Source: Mobula hypostoma (Eukaryota). Taken from it: 64,000 nucleotides of DNA. This document shows positions 1 to 13,536 of the stretch, in pieces. The stretch lies in NCBI RefSeq assembly GCF_963921235.1, contig NC_086097.1, forward strand, positions 16,368,001 through 16,432,000, written 5' to 3'. Under the pieces are notes generated by a model, which worked only from the letters and a program-made list of their open reading frames with translations, was not told the origin of the DNA and ran no database searches. Position numbers and translations under genes: made by a program. The first letter of the stretch is position 1. Each line of letters starts with the position of its first letter.

Positions 1-211
1 TAGTGTTTACAGAGCTTGCTGATTTTTTTTTAATATATAATTTGGGTTTCCAACATCTGCTTGGTGATACTGGGTGCATACGGCCTTGCTGGCCGGGTAC
101 TTGCCGGCCGGGTACTTGCCTATATTAACTCTCATCTGAATGAGAGTTGCTGAATCAGAAGTCACTGTCATTATCAATCGAATATTACAGTTTGCGAAAT
201 AACTATGAAGC

Positions 212-408
212 AGCAACACACACAAAAAAATGCTGGTGAACGCAGCAGGCCAGGCAGCATCTATAGGAAGAGGTACAGTTGACGCTTCGGGCTGAGATGA
301 AGGGTTGACTGTACCTCTTCCAATAGATGCTGCCTGACCTGCTGCGTTCACCAGCACTTTTTGTGTGTGTTGCTTGAATTTCCAGCATTTGCAGATTTCC
401 TTGTGTTC
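212..408. repeat. Fold-back mini-element built from two inverted PLE terminal-repeat arms
   Basis: Arms ~212-283 and ~305-374 are reverse complements. Direct repeat atgaagcagca at 205-215 and 414-424. Confidence 0.85.
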
Positions 409-1681
409 ATGTGATGAAGCAGCAGGCTGTTTTATTCAGAATCAAAACCTTTTCAAATTTACTAAAACAGGGTAAGGTTGTACAATATGTCTTACTTCAC
501 CCTAGAGGGCCAGTGACCCAGGTTCATTTCCTGCTGCTGTCTGTAAGGAGTTTGTGCATCCTCCCTGTGGCTGAGTGAGTTTCCTCTGAGTGCTCCAGTT
601 TCCTCCCACATTGCAAAGGCATATGAGTTAGTAAGTTAATTGGTCACACTGGTGTAATTGGGCAGTGCAGGCGCATTGGGCTTGTTACCATTGTCAAGGA
701 TGGTCACTTCTTGGCCAACAGGCAACTTTCCCTTTCATGGTTGTTTGCTAATCTTGCTTTCTAAACACAGCAGCTGCCACTTGTAAGATCACAAACGGAT
801 GGAAGTAGACTTCCAACTAACAGTTGTTTGGCTTCTGGTTGTAAAAGGGAGTCAGTCTTCAGTTCTTGAAATGTAAATGGAAAGCACTAATCACCTTGAG
901 GTTAAAACAAGTATTGTCTGAAGACCAGCTTTGTAAACAAGCTTTGTGGATAGTAGGCCTTCTGTCCGAAGTAAGGTTCTGCTCACTACACCTGCTTTAT
1001 TACTGCTTAAGATGCAGTATAAGACAATGGGTTGTTCACTTCAGGTTGTTTCAAATAGACAAGCTGACTCCTAAGTTCTTTGTTTCAAGGAAGCTTGCAG
1101 AATTGAGGAATAATATTATTTAACACATCAATAACTGTGATGTGTTTACAGTTGGAAGATTTTATGTGCTCAAGAAAGTTATCTTCACAGCTCTACAATA
1201 TTAATGGTAGGTAGCTGAAGAACTGTCTCCAAAATGCTTTTAGACTGTTTGTGGTGAAAGGACATCTGAGGAAATACCATACGCATGTGAAGACACCCAA
1301 GTGGTAAAAGAAGGGTATAATTGTAGAGAGCAGATCAGGCTTATTAGGAGGGGTTGAAGAACATCAAGAAGAATGATAGTAAGACCAGATGAATAGAATC
1401 CATTCCTCGTCCACATCATGGTATGTCTTTTTACTTTATAAGAACCTTACCTGTGTTGTGGAAATCCTTTGAAATGCTTTGTGTTTTAAAAATGATTTGT
1501 AATTGGGAAGTAAGTGTTTAAGATGGAAATCATCTGAGTTTTAAACGTGTTTTAAGAACATGTGGATTCAAACGTGTATCACTGTAAATAAATGAACTGT
1601 GTTTTAAGCTACTTTGTTAGCTGGAAATGTCTTCTGTTTGGTAAGGAAGAGGGACCCTCCACTCAAGTAGTGGGTGTTGGC

Positions 1682-2001
1682 ATAGAAACATAGAAATCTA
1701 CAGCACATTACACACCCTTTGACCCACAATGTTGTGCCAACCATATAACCTACTCGAGAAACTGCCTAAAATTTCCCTACCCAATTTTTCTAAGCTCCGT
1801 GTACTTCAAATATGTTATTGTATCTGCCTCCACCACTGTCGCTGGCAGTGCGTTCCACACACCCACCACTCTCTGTGTGAAAAACTTACCTCCGACATCT
1901 CCCTTGTACCTACTTCCAAATGCCTTAAAACTATGCCCTCTCGTGTTAGCCATTTCAGCCCTGGGGAAAAGCCTCTGCCTATCCACATGATCAATGCATC
2001 A
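1682..2001 (-). mobile_element. CR1 3' fragment
   Basis: ORF 1777-1986(-) includes FFTQRVVGVWNALP. Tail is catagaaacatagaa. Confidence 0.8.
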
Positions 2002-2374
2002 AATGGCAGCTAAAACTTGCAGCGGAAAATAGCAGGGAAGTAAACTAGTCTTTGAAGTTTGGGTAGTTACAATATAATCTCCCTTTAGTGAGAGTACTCA
2101 TGGCTATTTATATCCAATAGGGCTTAAGACCGTTGTATGAATTTAGAACCTTTGCAGTCAGCAAACCCAATACTATCATGCCACGATATATGTCTAAATA
2201 AATAATAAATGAATCTGTGGTGCTTTCAATCCGATTACCCCATCCCCCAATTAATTTTTCTGTGAACAAATCCCTTCAAGTGTCCATCAAAGCCAATGTA
2301 AAAGGTAAACTTATTATCAAGCTACATATAGAATGTGTGGAACCATATTCTGCACTGAGGTTCATTTTCTCGCA

Positions 2375-2528
2375 AACACGAGGAAATCTGCAAATGCTGG
2401 AAATTCAAGCAGCACACACAAAATGCTGGTGGAATGCAACAGGCCAGGCAGCATCGATGGGAAGAAGTACTTCATCCTATAGATACTGCCTGGTCTGTTG
2501 CGTCCCACCAGCGTCTTGTGTGCCTTGC
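2375..2528. repeat. Fold-back PLE-derived mini-element
   Basis: Inverted arms centred on gaagtacttc. Perfect 14-bp TSD ttcattttctcgca (2361-2374, 2529-2542). Confidence 0.85.
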
Positions 2529-3947
2529 TTCATTTTCTCGCAGGTTCTTTCTCACTTCACCCCTGATTCTTTGGCATCCACCTACTCAAGGGTCAATTTT
2601 CAGTGGCCAATCAGTAGTCATGCATGACTCCAGGATGTCAGAGAAAATACGTGATCACCCATGTGTGCAGATGGTAGTGGGTTCAAGCCCAGGCACTGGA
2701 GCTGTGCAGTACTAGCACCAACTGCAGGTGCAACCAAGCTGCCATATTGATCTGGGAATGCCCAGTTAATAATGATCCAGTTTACTGTTCTGGAGGGTAA
2801 ACCGTAAAAACTGATTTCTCGATCTGGTAGCATCGGTGTAGGCAAAAGGTGTAAGAGGTGAATGTGTGGAGTTTGTTGCCACAGGCAGCTGCGGAGGAAA
2901 AGTCAGTGGGTACATTTAAGGCAAAGATTAATAGATTTTGATTAGTCAGGGCATGAAGGGATACGGGGGGGGGAAGGCAGGAGATTGGGGCTGAGAGTGA
3001 AAATAGATCAGTCATGGTGAAATGGCAGAGCAGATTCGATGGGCCAAATGGTCTCATTCTGCTCCTATATCTTCTGGTCTTACCTTAAGTCACTGCTGCG
3101 GTTCAAGACTCTGCATCAGGATTGAGAAAGAAGAGAATTTATTTCCGGAATATTAGAGGTATGTAAAGGGTGGGATTGGGGCTGGTGGGTGATGTCGAAA
3201 TGGGGTGGGGATGATGGGCAGATGGAAGTGGGAGGGAGAGCAGAGTACAGGAGGTGATTGAACATAAAATGTCACGGCACAGGGACAGGCCCCAATGTCT
3301 GCGCCAAACATGATAACAAATTAAACTGAACCTTTCCTGCCTGCACATGATTCATATCCCTCCATTTCCTGCTCGTACATGAGGCAATCTAAAAGCTTAT
3401 TAAATGCCATTATTGTAGCTGTTGTAATGCTGGAGGAGCTCAGCAGGTCAGGCAGCATCTATGGAGAGGAATGAACAGAAGACGTTTTGAGCCGAAACCC
3501 TTCATCGGGACCGTATCTGCTTCAACCATCACCCTTGGCAGCTCGTTCCAGCAGGCATCCACCACTCCCCGATGTAAAAAAACACTACCCTGCACATCTC
3601 CATTGAATGTTCCCCCTCTCATCTTAAATGCATGTCCTCTCGTATTTGACATTTCTACCCTGGCCTGGAAGGTGACAGGTAGACATAACTTCAGAGTGCT
3701 AGTGTTACTGGACCACCATTTAGATCTCTAGATCTGGAGATCACCACCACAACGGTAACACCAAATAATTAAAATAAAACAGACTTAATGTCATAAAATC
3801 CCATTTGGTTCACTAAGACCTTTCAAGAAAGGAAATCTGCAATATTTTTCCAAGTTTGTCTTATGATTTAACTACGCTCTGAAATTTCCAAGCAAGCTGC
3901 TCAGCAGGCAGCAAATACAAGCGTCAGTAAATGCTTATTTCTTAAAA

Positions 3948-4680
3948 CTATAAGACAGGAACAGAATTAGGCCTTTCAGCCCATCGAGTCTGCTCTGCCA
4001 TTTGATCATGGCCGATTTATTCCACCCCCCAACAACCCCATTCTCTGCCTTCTCCCTGTAACCTTTCTATTCAAGAACCTATCGACCTCCACTTTAAATA
4101 TAACCAATGACTTGGCTTTCACAGTCGTCTGTGGCAGTGAATTCCTCAGATTCACCACCATCTGGCTAAAGAAATTCCTCCTCATCTCTGTTCTAAAAGG
4201 ACATTTTTCTATCTTGAGGCCGTGTCCTTCAATATTCAGTAGGTTTCAAAGTCTCCCCACCATTCTTCTAAACTCCAGCAAGTGCAGGCCCAAACTTATC
4301 AAAAGCTCCTCATACGTTAACCCTTTCATTCCCAAGATCAGTCTTGTTGTGCATTTAATATTTCAATAATATTTGAGTAATTTTGTTTGATTTAGCATTC
4401 TCATTCATTTAAATAATTATGGTTATATGTAAAAATATGTTAATTGCATATGTTATCACATTACCACGTGATGCGTGTGCGCCTTGCTTAAAGTAACCTT
4501 GAAGTTTGACCCAATTTTGGACTCCCGTGACTTCCTTTGAATTAGTTTATTGTTCTGAAGTCACAAAACATAACTATTCTCATAAACCTCCTCTGAACCC
4601 TCTCCAACGCCAGCGCGTCCTGTATGGGGACCAGAAATGCTCACAATACTGCTCCAGTCTGACCAACGCCTTACAAAGTC
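3948..4680 (-). mobile_element. CR1 3' fragment split by a solo LTR
   Basis: LVRLEQYCEHFWSPY motif and a typical CR1 3' UTR. Confidence 0.75.
4345..4575 (+). mobile_element. Short solo LTR inserted in a CR1 fragment
   Basis: Starts TGTTGTG, with 5-bp flanks agtct and attct. Homologous to the inverted, interrupted copy at 6606-10947. Confidence 0.65.
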
Positions 4681-6774
4681 TTGTGAATGAATAGTTAACC
4701 CAAAGCTCAGCAGATTCAGGCCTGGTTAACATATGGGTGGGAAACCATTCAGTAATGCCCTGTGCAGTACGATTTATTTGCAAGGATCAAAAAACAAACT
4801 GGTGGAGAAACTCAAAGGGTCAGGCAGCAACAGCTGTCATCAGTTGCAGTGTCTAAGTTGTGCTGACTCAGAAAACAATAGGGACAAACGATCTTGTTCA
4901 GGGTTTTCAGAAAGATTATGCACGTGTGGAGATAAATAAACTGCAGAATAAAGCAAATGGAATAAGCACCCAAAGAATGATGCACTCTCAAGTGACCATT
5001 TGTAGATAAGGAAATAAGGAAATGTTTTTTAAAGAAGGCCTAACAGTAAGAGATTACTGAGAGTTGTGTAATGGATTTATCTAAAGGAATTGTGTCACTG
5101 CTAACTATCTTGATAAGGAAAGCCATTCCTGGTTTGCAGGGATGTACAGGACAGCAGATAGATTTATCTGAAGTGTGAAATGCTCAAGTTGTAATGAAAA
5201 ATGCAAGAAAATTCCAGCTACGGTCTGAAGAGAAAATGGTTAAGTGCAACAGATGCTGGAGGAAGTCAGCGGGCCAGGCAGCATCTGTAGTGAGGAATGG
5301 AGTCAACATTTTGGGTTAACACCCTGCATCAGGATCCAGCGTCGGCAGAATCTCGTGTTTATGATCAAAAGCAGAAAAGGCTTTCAATGTGGTATTTTTT
5401 GTTAGAATGACCATCATACTGAGTTATATAACATCCATCATGAATTTTAGCACCGTCTTGACTGAATGTAGGGTAGGCTGGCTAACTGTATACACATATG
5501 CTCTATTTCTATGCAAATACAAAGGTTAATTTTTCAACGTTTTCAGGAACCTCCCCCTTGGATACAAACAAGCTATTAATTTGGATTTACTACACATGAT
5601 TTTCAAAGCACCACAAAACAATCTGCAGTGCAATGCAGCTGCCAACTTAATGAAATGACAAGTTGCAAATGGGACTTCCAAGCAGAGAATATTACTAGGA
5701 ATTCAAGTTCCTTACTGATGAAGGGTTTTGGCCCAAAATGGCAACCGTTCATTCCCCTCCATCACCTGATCTGCTGAATTCCTGCAGCATGTTCTCCAGC
5801 AAGATTCTCAGCATCTGCAAAATCTTTTTTTACTAATGCTGTTAGTTCCACATGGAAACATTAAAAACAGACAATATTTTTGACATCCTATTGTTTAGCA
5901 AATACAGAAAATTAAAAGTCAAAAGAAATAACTGCAGATGCTGGAAATCTGAAATAGAACAAAACAGAAATTGAAGATTTTAGAAATTTTTTATCTTCCC
6001 TGGACAGACAATCTTCGGTCAAGGAATAATATAACCCTGAGACCCTGTTATTGAATGCAATAAACACAGAAAGCCATTCATTCCTGTTTGTTCCAGGACT
6101 GGCCAGCTCTGATAACATTAACTCAGTGCTTTTTCTCTCTCACAGATGCTGCTTGATCTGCTGATTATTTCCAAACTTCTCATTTATTTTAGATTTCTAG
6201 TAGTTGCTGTGTTCTGCATCTCTGCTTCCAGCATTGTATTTTACCATTGTATTTTTCTCTTTATTGCTGTCAATCGTATTTGTACTATTTATACTCTTCC
6301 AGACAGATTAACAAGAATTCATCACCTTCTCAAAGTTGGCAGCAACATCTTTTGTTTCAATTAAACCATCCTGGTCTCCACCATATCACAAATATGTTTC
6401 ACTCCAGGCCTCTTTCTCTCTGCAATTTAAAATTTCCTTTCAGAACATAAAACATGAAATGATACAGCACATTACAGGCCCTTTGGCCCATGGTGTTGCA
6501 CTGACCTTTAAACCTACCCTAAGATCAATCCAACCCTTCCCTTCCACATAGCCCTCCATTTTTCTATCATCCGTGTGCCCATCTAAGAGTTTCTCAAATG
6601 TCCCTTGCTATGTTTAGTAATTCCAAATCATTCATTTAACTAATCAAAGGGAAAAGACAGGAGTCCGAAATGAGAGTCTAACTTGCCTTTCTTTCAGGCG
6701 AGGTGCACATATCGTATGATGGTGTCATGACGTGCAATTCATGCATTTTTACATATAACCTCTAATTAATTATT

Positions 6775-7089
6775 ATATGTGTGGGGACGTGGCCAAGTGG
6801 TTAAGGCATTCGACTAGCGATCTGAAGGTTGTGAGTTTGAGCCCCAGCTGAGGCAGTGTGTTGTATCTTTGAGCAAGGCACTTAATCACACATTGCTCTG
6901 CGACGACACCGGTGCCAAGCTGTATGGGCCCTAATGCCCTTCCCTTGGACAACATCAGTGTCGTGGAGAGGGGAGACTTGCAGCATGGGCAACTGCTGGT
7001 CTTCCATACAACCTTGCCCAGGCCTGCGACCTGGAGAGTGAAGACTTTCCAGGCACAGATCCATGGTCTCGCAAGACTAATGGATGCCT
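6775..7089 (+). mobile_element. tRNA-derived SINE with a CORE-like middle and an RTE-like 3' tail
   Basis: A box tggccaagtgg, B-box-like gtttgagccc, and the motif gagcaaggcacttaa. TSD ttaattatt (6766-6774, 7090-7098). A second copy lies at 31860-32164. Confidence 0.85.
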
Positions 7090-7152
7090 TTAATTATTTA
7101 AATGAACAAAATGCTTAAGCAAACAATATATTTACAATATTACTCAAATACT

Positions 7153-10100
7153 CTCCATCAGCATCCGTATGTCTCAAGAGACCATGGTGTGACATTTTTT
7201 CTGATGGTTCTTGGGGTTGTAGACTTGGGGCTATTTGCACTTTCTGGAGTGGCTGTCCAGCCCCACTCCAGAGTGACAGTCTCTCTCACAGCGGCTGCAG
7301 GTGACGGAGGAAGGGGCTCTGGGTGATGCAGCTCTGGCTTTTCTTCTGGCTCTCATCTTGATGAGCACGTTGGCCCTTACTATCTCAGCACATTGTACAC
7401 CACTTTTGACTGTGACTCTCCTGTTGTCTGGCCTCCAGCTGTTTCCTCCCATGTGTTGAGGTCAACGCTGCCAGCTTCATGTCACGCTTGCGGACTTCCC
7501 TGTAGCGGAGGCATGGTCTTTCTCGTGGGCAGTGACCCTCACTCCGCTCACCATGCAGCACATCCTTGAGAATGCGTTCTTGGTCCATCTGTTTGACGTG
7601 GCCCAACCATCCGAGGCTTCCGTGGTTGAGTAGTGTGTGTGTCAGCCCACTGCACAGCCTCTGTGCTGGTGATTCTGTCCTGCCAGGAGGTGTGCAAGAT
7701 GCATCTGAGGCAGTGTAGGTGGAAGGAGTTTAGTCTCTTCTCTTGGCTTAGAGGAGTGTGCGGAGCACGCATGCCTGGTACACACGTCTAGTCTTCTTTG
7801 TCAGCTGTCTGTTATTCCACACTCTCTTGTTCAGTCTGGCCACGACAGCCGCAGCTTTGGCAATCCTGCTGTTCACCTCTGCTTTGAGGGACAGGGAGCT
7901 GCGGCCGCTCTACCCAAGGTGATGACTACATCAAGAGAGCAACCATCAATGGTGATGTTTGGTGGAGATTCTACACCCTGGGCCATGAAGTTTGTCTTCT
8001 TCAAGCTGATGGTTAACCCAAGCTCCTTGCAGGCAGTTGTTGGAGGCCGCCTTCAGTGTGTGACGTCAATGCCGCGTCATCTCGCGGATGAGGGCTGTCC
8101 TAACTTTGGTCTTAGGTTGCAAGCGAGCGATGTTGAATGGCTTGCCATCAGCTCTTGTGCAAAGGGTCGATGCCTTCAGCGCAGTCTGCTAAAGCACAGT
8201 GAAGGAGCACAGAGAAGAAGGTTCCAGAGAAGCTCAGAGACAAGACACAGCCTTGCTTCACTCCGCTGCTCACTGGAAAGGCATCGGAGGTTGCTCCATT
8301 GAAGCAGATGGTGCTGTGTGTGTCCTTATGGAAAGATGATATGATGCTGCGCAGTCTTAGGGTGGGAGGGGGTGACAGCCAACCTCTAGCAGGTGTTTGA
8401 AGAGTCTGCTTTCGCTGACGAGGTCGAACGCCTTGTCCGATCAATAAAGGCTGCGTACAGAGGCTTCTGCTGCTCTCAACGTTTCTCCTGCAGCTGGCGC
8501 AGTGAGAAGATCATGTCCATTGTAGAGTTGCCTGCTCTGAACACACGCTGGGACTCTGGGTAGACTTTGGATGTAAGGCTCTGAAGTTGTGCCAAGATGA
8601 CGCTGGCAGACACTTACCCCAAAATACCAAGGAGAGAGATGCCATGGTAGTTGTTATAATGACCACGGTCGCCCTTATTTTTCTGCAGTGTGACAATGTT
8701 GGCGTCTCGCATGTCTTGGGGGATGTTGCCTTCCTCCCAGCAAAGTCACAGAAACTCGTGTAGATGATGCAGCAAGGCAGGTTTCCCGCTCTTTGAGACT
8801 TCATGGGTAATTCCATCTTTCCCTGGGGCTTTCCCACTGGCGACACAGTGGATGGCTTTGCTGAGCTCCTCTATAGATGGCAATGCATAAAGCTCTTCCA
8901 TGACCAGCAAGTCGGTCAGTGCCTCCAGCGCAGCATCGGTCACCACGGTCCAGGTTGCAAACAGCTCCAAGTAGTGTCCTACCCAATGGTCAAGCTGCTC
9001 GCTCTGGTCCCTGATCACTACCCCATTTTTTTGACTTCACTGTCTTGGTGGCTGAAGGGCCTGTTGCTTATCCGATGCTGTCAAACATCCCTCTTGCATT
9101 CCCGCTGGCGGCAGCTGATTGGATTTTGCTGCACAAATTCAGCCAGCAGTTGCTTGCACACCATTGGGCAGTTTGCTGCACCTTGTTTCCAGCAGCTCTG
9201 AGGGCATCGCGTGTGCTGGTGTAGGTGATTTGCTTGTAGGCCAACAGGGCTTTTGTCTTGGCCTCAGTCATCTGTTCCATTGCTCCCCAGTGCGCTTCAT
9301 ACCCACCTGTGTTCTTGTGCCCCTTTTATCCAAATGCTGTCATGGCTGAGCTGTAAACGGCGTCATGGAATTGAGACTACTTAGAGTCAATAAAAGTAGA
9401 GTCACCAGAATTGTTCTTCATTGCAGCTTCAAAGGCATCTGCGAACTGCTGTGCTCTGCCAGAGTTTGCTGCACAGCAGACGTTGATGCAAGATCAGCCC
9501 TTCGTCTTGGTATGGTGGGGTCTCCTTGGCATTAGCACCAAAACAAGGGAGTGGTCTGTGTCGCGGTCTGCATTGTGGTAACTGCGAGTGCCAAGGACAC
9601 TGCTCAGGTACCTGCGCCTGGTGATGATGAGGTTGAGCAGATGCCAGTGGTGGGACCATGGATGTCTCCAGGAGACCTTGTGCCACTGAAGTTATGTGTG
9701 GTGATGCACAGTCCATGATGGCAGCACAGCTCGAACACTCTCTGCCTATTCTCGTTCATCTTGCTGATGCCGTGACAGCCCAGGCAAGAAGCTCATGCCT
9801 TGTGGTCAGCTCCAAATCTAGCATTGACGTCTCCCAGCAGGTACAATCCTTCAGTGTTGGGATTCTGGATATTGTGTCACCCGGAGCCTCGTAGAACTGG
9901 TCTTTGGTCTGTGGTGAAGAACAACGTTAAGGCATCGATGCTCGGAAGTTTACGGGGCTGGAAGGCGGTAAAAAGCAGAGAGCAAGGGTATTTTCTGTTC
10001 TACCTGTTGGTGTTCTATTTTTTAGATTTTTAGATTAGATTAGATTATGAGGACACTCAGTTCTCGTTTATTGTCATTTAGAAATGCATGCATGCATTCT

Positions 10101-10913
10101 ATGGTGGCGATGATGGAGTTCTTCACTGCAATACCTACACCATACTGCCTTGGGTCTTCATGAGGTTGACTCTGCCAAAAGGTGGTGTAATTGGATGCTC
10201 TGATGGAACTGCTCTCAGACAAGCAGCTCTCCTGGAGGCAGGCAATGCTGATGTTCAGTCCAGTGAGCTCCCTGTCAATGACTGCTGTTTTGTGGGCATT
10301 GTTGATCTGTTGGAGGTCGTCAGTTAGTTTGGGACACATGGTCCGGATGTTCCAACTTGAGAGGCGACGAGCTGGCATCTTCTTGGTTTTAATCCTTCCG
10401 CCTGGTGCGGACGCACAGCTTGCTCGTCGAGGTGAACTCTGAGGCCCATGCTCCCAGTGAGGCAGGCAAGCAGTGGCGGGACAGCACCTTACTGGCTGGG
10501 GGCTGCCCAACTTGGGGCGGGCGGTAGATGTCCAGTGACATGCCATGATCTCTCCCACTGTCAGAATTGGCCCCGGCGCTCATTTCCTATGCCAAATCGG
10601 GTGAGCTTATAACTGGTAGCTGCCACTTCCCGTGTTGTGCCAATATCTTACGACATCGATGGAGTGACCTCTCCGTAGCGCCACGGGCCTGCATGAGGGG
10701 ATATGGAGGTCGTGGCCTGCTCTGATGTCAAAACCACCCTCTCTGCTTTGCTGGCAGAGTCCAACGGATAGGAAGAACTAGTGCAGTTGGTGCCAGCCCA
10801 GCGGCAGAAATTGCCAGAAGGTGACGTAGTAAGCCATCCATCCGCTTAGGACTCCACTCCAGATTTTCTGTAGGAGCTTACTCCCTTTTCCAAGGCACAC
10901 ACAAGGCAGTGCA
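7153..10913 (-). mobile_element. Near full-length degenerate RTE-clade LINE
   Basis: APE endonuclease start (SWNIRTMC...KTAVIDRELTGLNISIACLQE), RT fragments (GKAPGKDGI; SSGVKQGCVL) and an RTE C-terminus (MGHVKQMDQERILKDVLHGE). 11-bp TSD actcaaatact (7142-7152, 10914-10924). Confidence 0.9.
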
Positions 10914-11372
10914 ACTCAAATACTACTGAAATATTAAATACACAACATCCCTAATGTATCTTCTTCTACCACCACACAGAATGGCCGTTCCATGCACTCA
11001 CCACTCTCAGTGTAAAAAAAACCAAACCCCTGACATACCCCCGTATCCTTTATTCCAATTGCCTTAAAATTATGCCCTCTCTTATCAGGCCATTTCCACC
11101 CTGGAAAAGAGCCTCTGGCTATCCACTCAGTTTCCTCTTAGTTTTCCTGTTCTGATGAAAGGTCATTGACCTGAAATGTTATCTCTTTCCGCTAATTTCT
11201 AGGATTTTCTGTTAGATGTCAGATGTAATTGTAGCAGGTCTTTGAAAGGCCATTTGTCGAGATGGCTCTATTTCAGAAAATCTTGCCCTGAGGATTGATA
11301 AAAGACTTGGGACAGCAGTTTACTGCAGGAAAATATGACTCATTCAAGTGTGGAGCTGGATGTAGTTGTGGC

Positions 11373-12127
11373 TAATGTTCCCTCTCAGGTGTGCGCATAT
11401 GCGTGCACACACTTCTTTTGCTACTAGCACATAAAGGAATTTAAATTGTGCACAAAAGTTGGTCACCCTTTCTCTTGTTGGCATGTTAAGTATATTTCAT
11501 GATTGTACACAATTACATTTCCTTTTCTGGTTTCTGATGCAGACGGTGTTGACAATGTGGAGTTTGTGATAATGTGTCTGCAGATTTTAGAACTGGCTTA
11601 TTTATACTATTTTTATTGAAGAAATTATTGATCCACTATGTTGAATTCCAAAGAAGCAAAGGGCATGAAGCGCAAAAGAACTGCTAGTTCATTTAAAGCG
11701 GAATGCCTTAACAAAACAGCAGAAGCTGCTACACAGAAAGTTCATGAGGTCAGGAACGTCCAGCTACGAGAAATATTTATGTGCATTACAGAAACTGGTG
11801 TTACCTGCATGTATTGTCGTGATGCAAAAGTTGCTGGAGAATTTGCATGTGGGAAGAGTGGAGTTATACTTGGAAACTTGACTTTTAAGGTGTCATTCAG
11901 CAAGCAAATCTTATTTGGACGGTGTGCAATAAGACTCACTGATGTGTATTGTGTTTTTTTTTAAATGGGCGACAAACTGGACTTGGTAGTTTATTATCTT
12001 TAGAATAGCTTCAGGTTTACTTCCACTTAAAAAATTCAGTGCACACATGTTGCTGTAACTGGGCAAAAAATAGCATAGCACAAGATTTTTTGCACATACC
12101 AGTCATTATAAATTAGAGGGAACATTG
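11373..12127 (+). mobile_element. Internally deleted hAT DNA transposon
   Basis: TIRs aatgttccctct and agagggaacatt, with 8-bp flanks gttgtggc and gccgtggc. Residual ORF 11638-11964 has a CxxC (VTCMYCRDAK) resembling a transposase N-terminal zinc finger. Confidence 0.75.
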
Positions 12128-12904
12128 GCCGTGGCAAGTTTTCAATGCCATTGTCATCTTCTCTCCTTAGGTGGGGTTGACGATGACTTGTTTCCATTCC
12201 CACTGTGGATTTCCTGAGACAGACTTTGTGATTCTTGGGGGCAGATGTTTGGTAGAGTAGGTCAGGAGGTAGTATGCATCTTCTACTATTTACACTGTTT
12301 TTTTGTAATGGACTCTGAGATCTCAGTGCCAACCCATTCCAAAACCTCAGAGTCATACAGCACTACAGTAGAGAAACAGGCCCTTCTGGCCCTCTGGCCT
12401 GTGCTAGTCTATCATTCTGCCTAGTCCCAGTGACATGCACCTGATACACGTACATGCATATAGAGCAGTTTTCCACTTTGTCCAGTCACGGGCCATTGAT
12501 TCCCAGGAATCAGTGAGGACTTGAGAGCATTATTGAACCTTTTTCTCTGCTCAGCTGTTGATGTGAAGACTTGACAGAGCCTGGAGTAGATTGTCAGTTG
12601 AGGGACTCTAGTATTGATCGTGCTACTGTCACGGCTTGTTCACCGGGCATGACTCAGCTTCAACATTGGAGACGTAGGCCTGGGCGAGGTTTAACGTTGG
12701 ATTGCTTTTTCTCCTAGTAGATTTGGAAGATTTCGTGGAGACAGAATTTGAGGTGTCTGCAGCAGGTGGTCCATACCTCAGGAGATCAGGGGCCAGCAGT
12801 AGACCAGGCTCTGAGCTTTTAACCGTCAAACAATTCTTCAGTTGACTAAAGGCTGTGATCATGCATTGAAGGCAATGGTTAATTTTATCGTCAGAGTTGC
12901 ACAG

Positions 12905-13536
12905 TGGCTGCCAAGATATGGGAAATTGCTTCACATTTTCCGTGGATCATTGCGGATCTTTACTATTTTCTAAATGGGAAAGAAGTTCAGAAATTTGAGA
13001 TGCAAAAGGACTCTGGAGTCCTAGTTCAGGATTCTCTCAAGGTTAACTTACAGGTTGCATCAGCAATAAGGAAGGCAATTGCAATTAGTATTCATTTCAA
13101 AAGGACTAGAATATAAATGGGGGAATGTAATGCTGAGGCATTATAAGGTCAGGTCACATTTGGAGTACTGTGAGCAGTTTTGGGCCCCTTATCTAAGAAA
13201 GATTAGAGAGGATCTAGAGGAGGTTAATGAGAATTATCCTGGGAATGAAAGGGTTAACGTGTGATGAGTGTTAGATGCCTCTGGGCTTGTACACACCAGA
13301 GTTTAGAAGAATGAGAGGTATCTCATTGCAACATAGTGAATATTGAAATGCCTAGATAAAATGGACATAGAGAGGATGTTTTCAACAGTGGGGGAGTCTA
13401 GGACCACTGGGCATCAAAGATTAAGGAGCGGAAGCAGGAGGATGGGGTTGTGATGTAAAATTAGATGCCATGATCAAATGCTGAAGCAGACTCGATGGGC
13501 TGAATGAGCTGGTCAGCTCCTGTGCCTTATGGTCTT
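12905..13536 (+). mobile_element. CR1 3' fragment
   Basis: HLEYCEQFWAPYLRK motif and a ttatggtctt tail. Confidence 0.8.

Larger units (their letters stand above)
6606..10947 (-). mobile_element. Solo LTR split by a SINE and an RTE LINE
   Basis: TG...CA termini with 5-bp TSD tccct (6601-6605, 10948-10952). The pieces rejoin to match the reverse complement of 4345-4575. Confidence 0.75.

Noticed and set aside
85..120. 15-bp tandem duplication (ggccgggtacttgcc)
   Set aside because: Two units only, with no further structure to support a function.
692..2185. Possible large solo LTR or a 5' non-coding PROX exon (acceptor ~1151, donor ~1420)
   Set aside because: A TG start, AATAAA and an apparently split SINE tail hint at an LTR, but I could not define a right end or TSD, and there is no transcript evidence for an exon.
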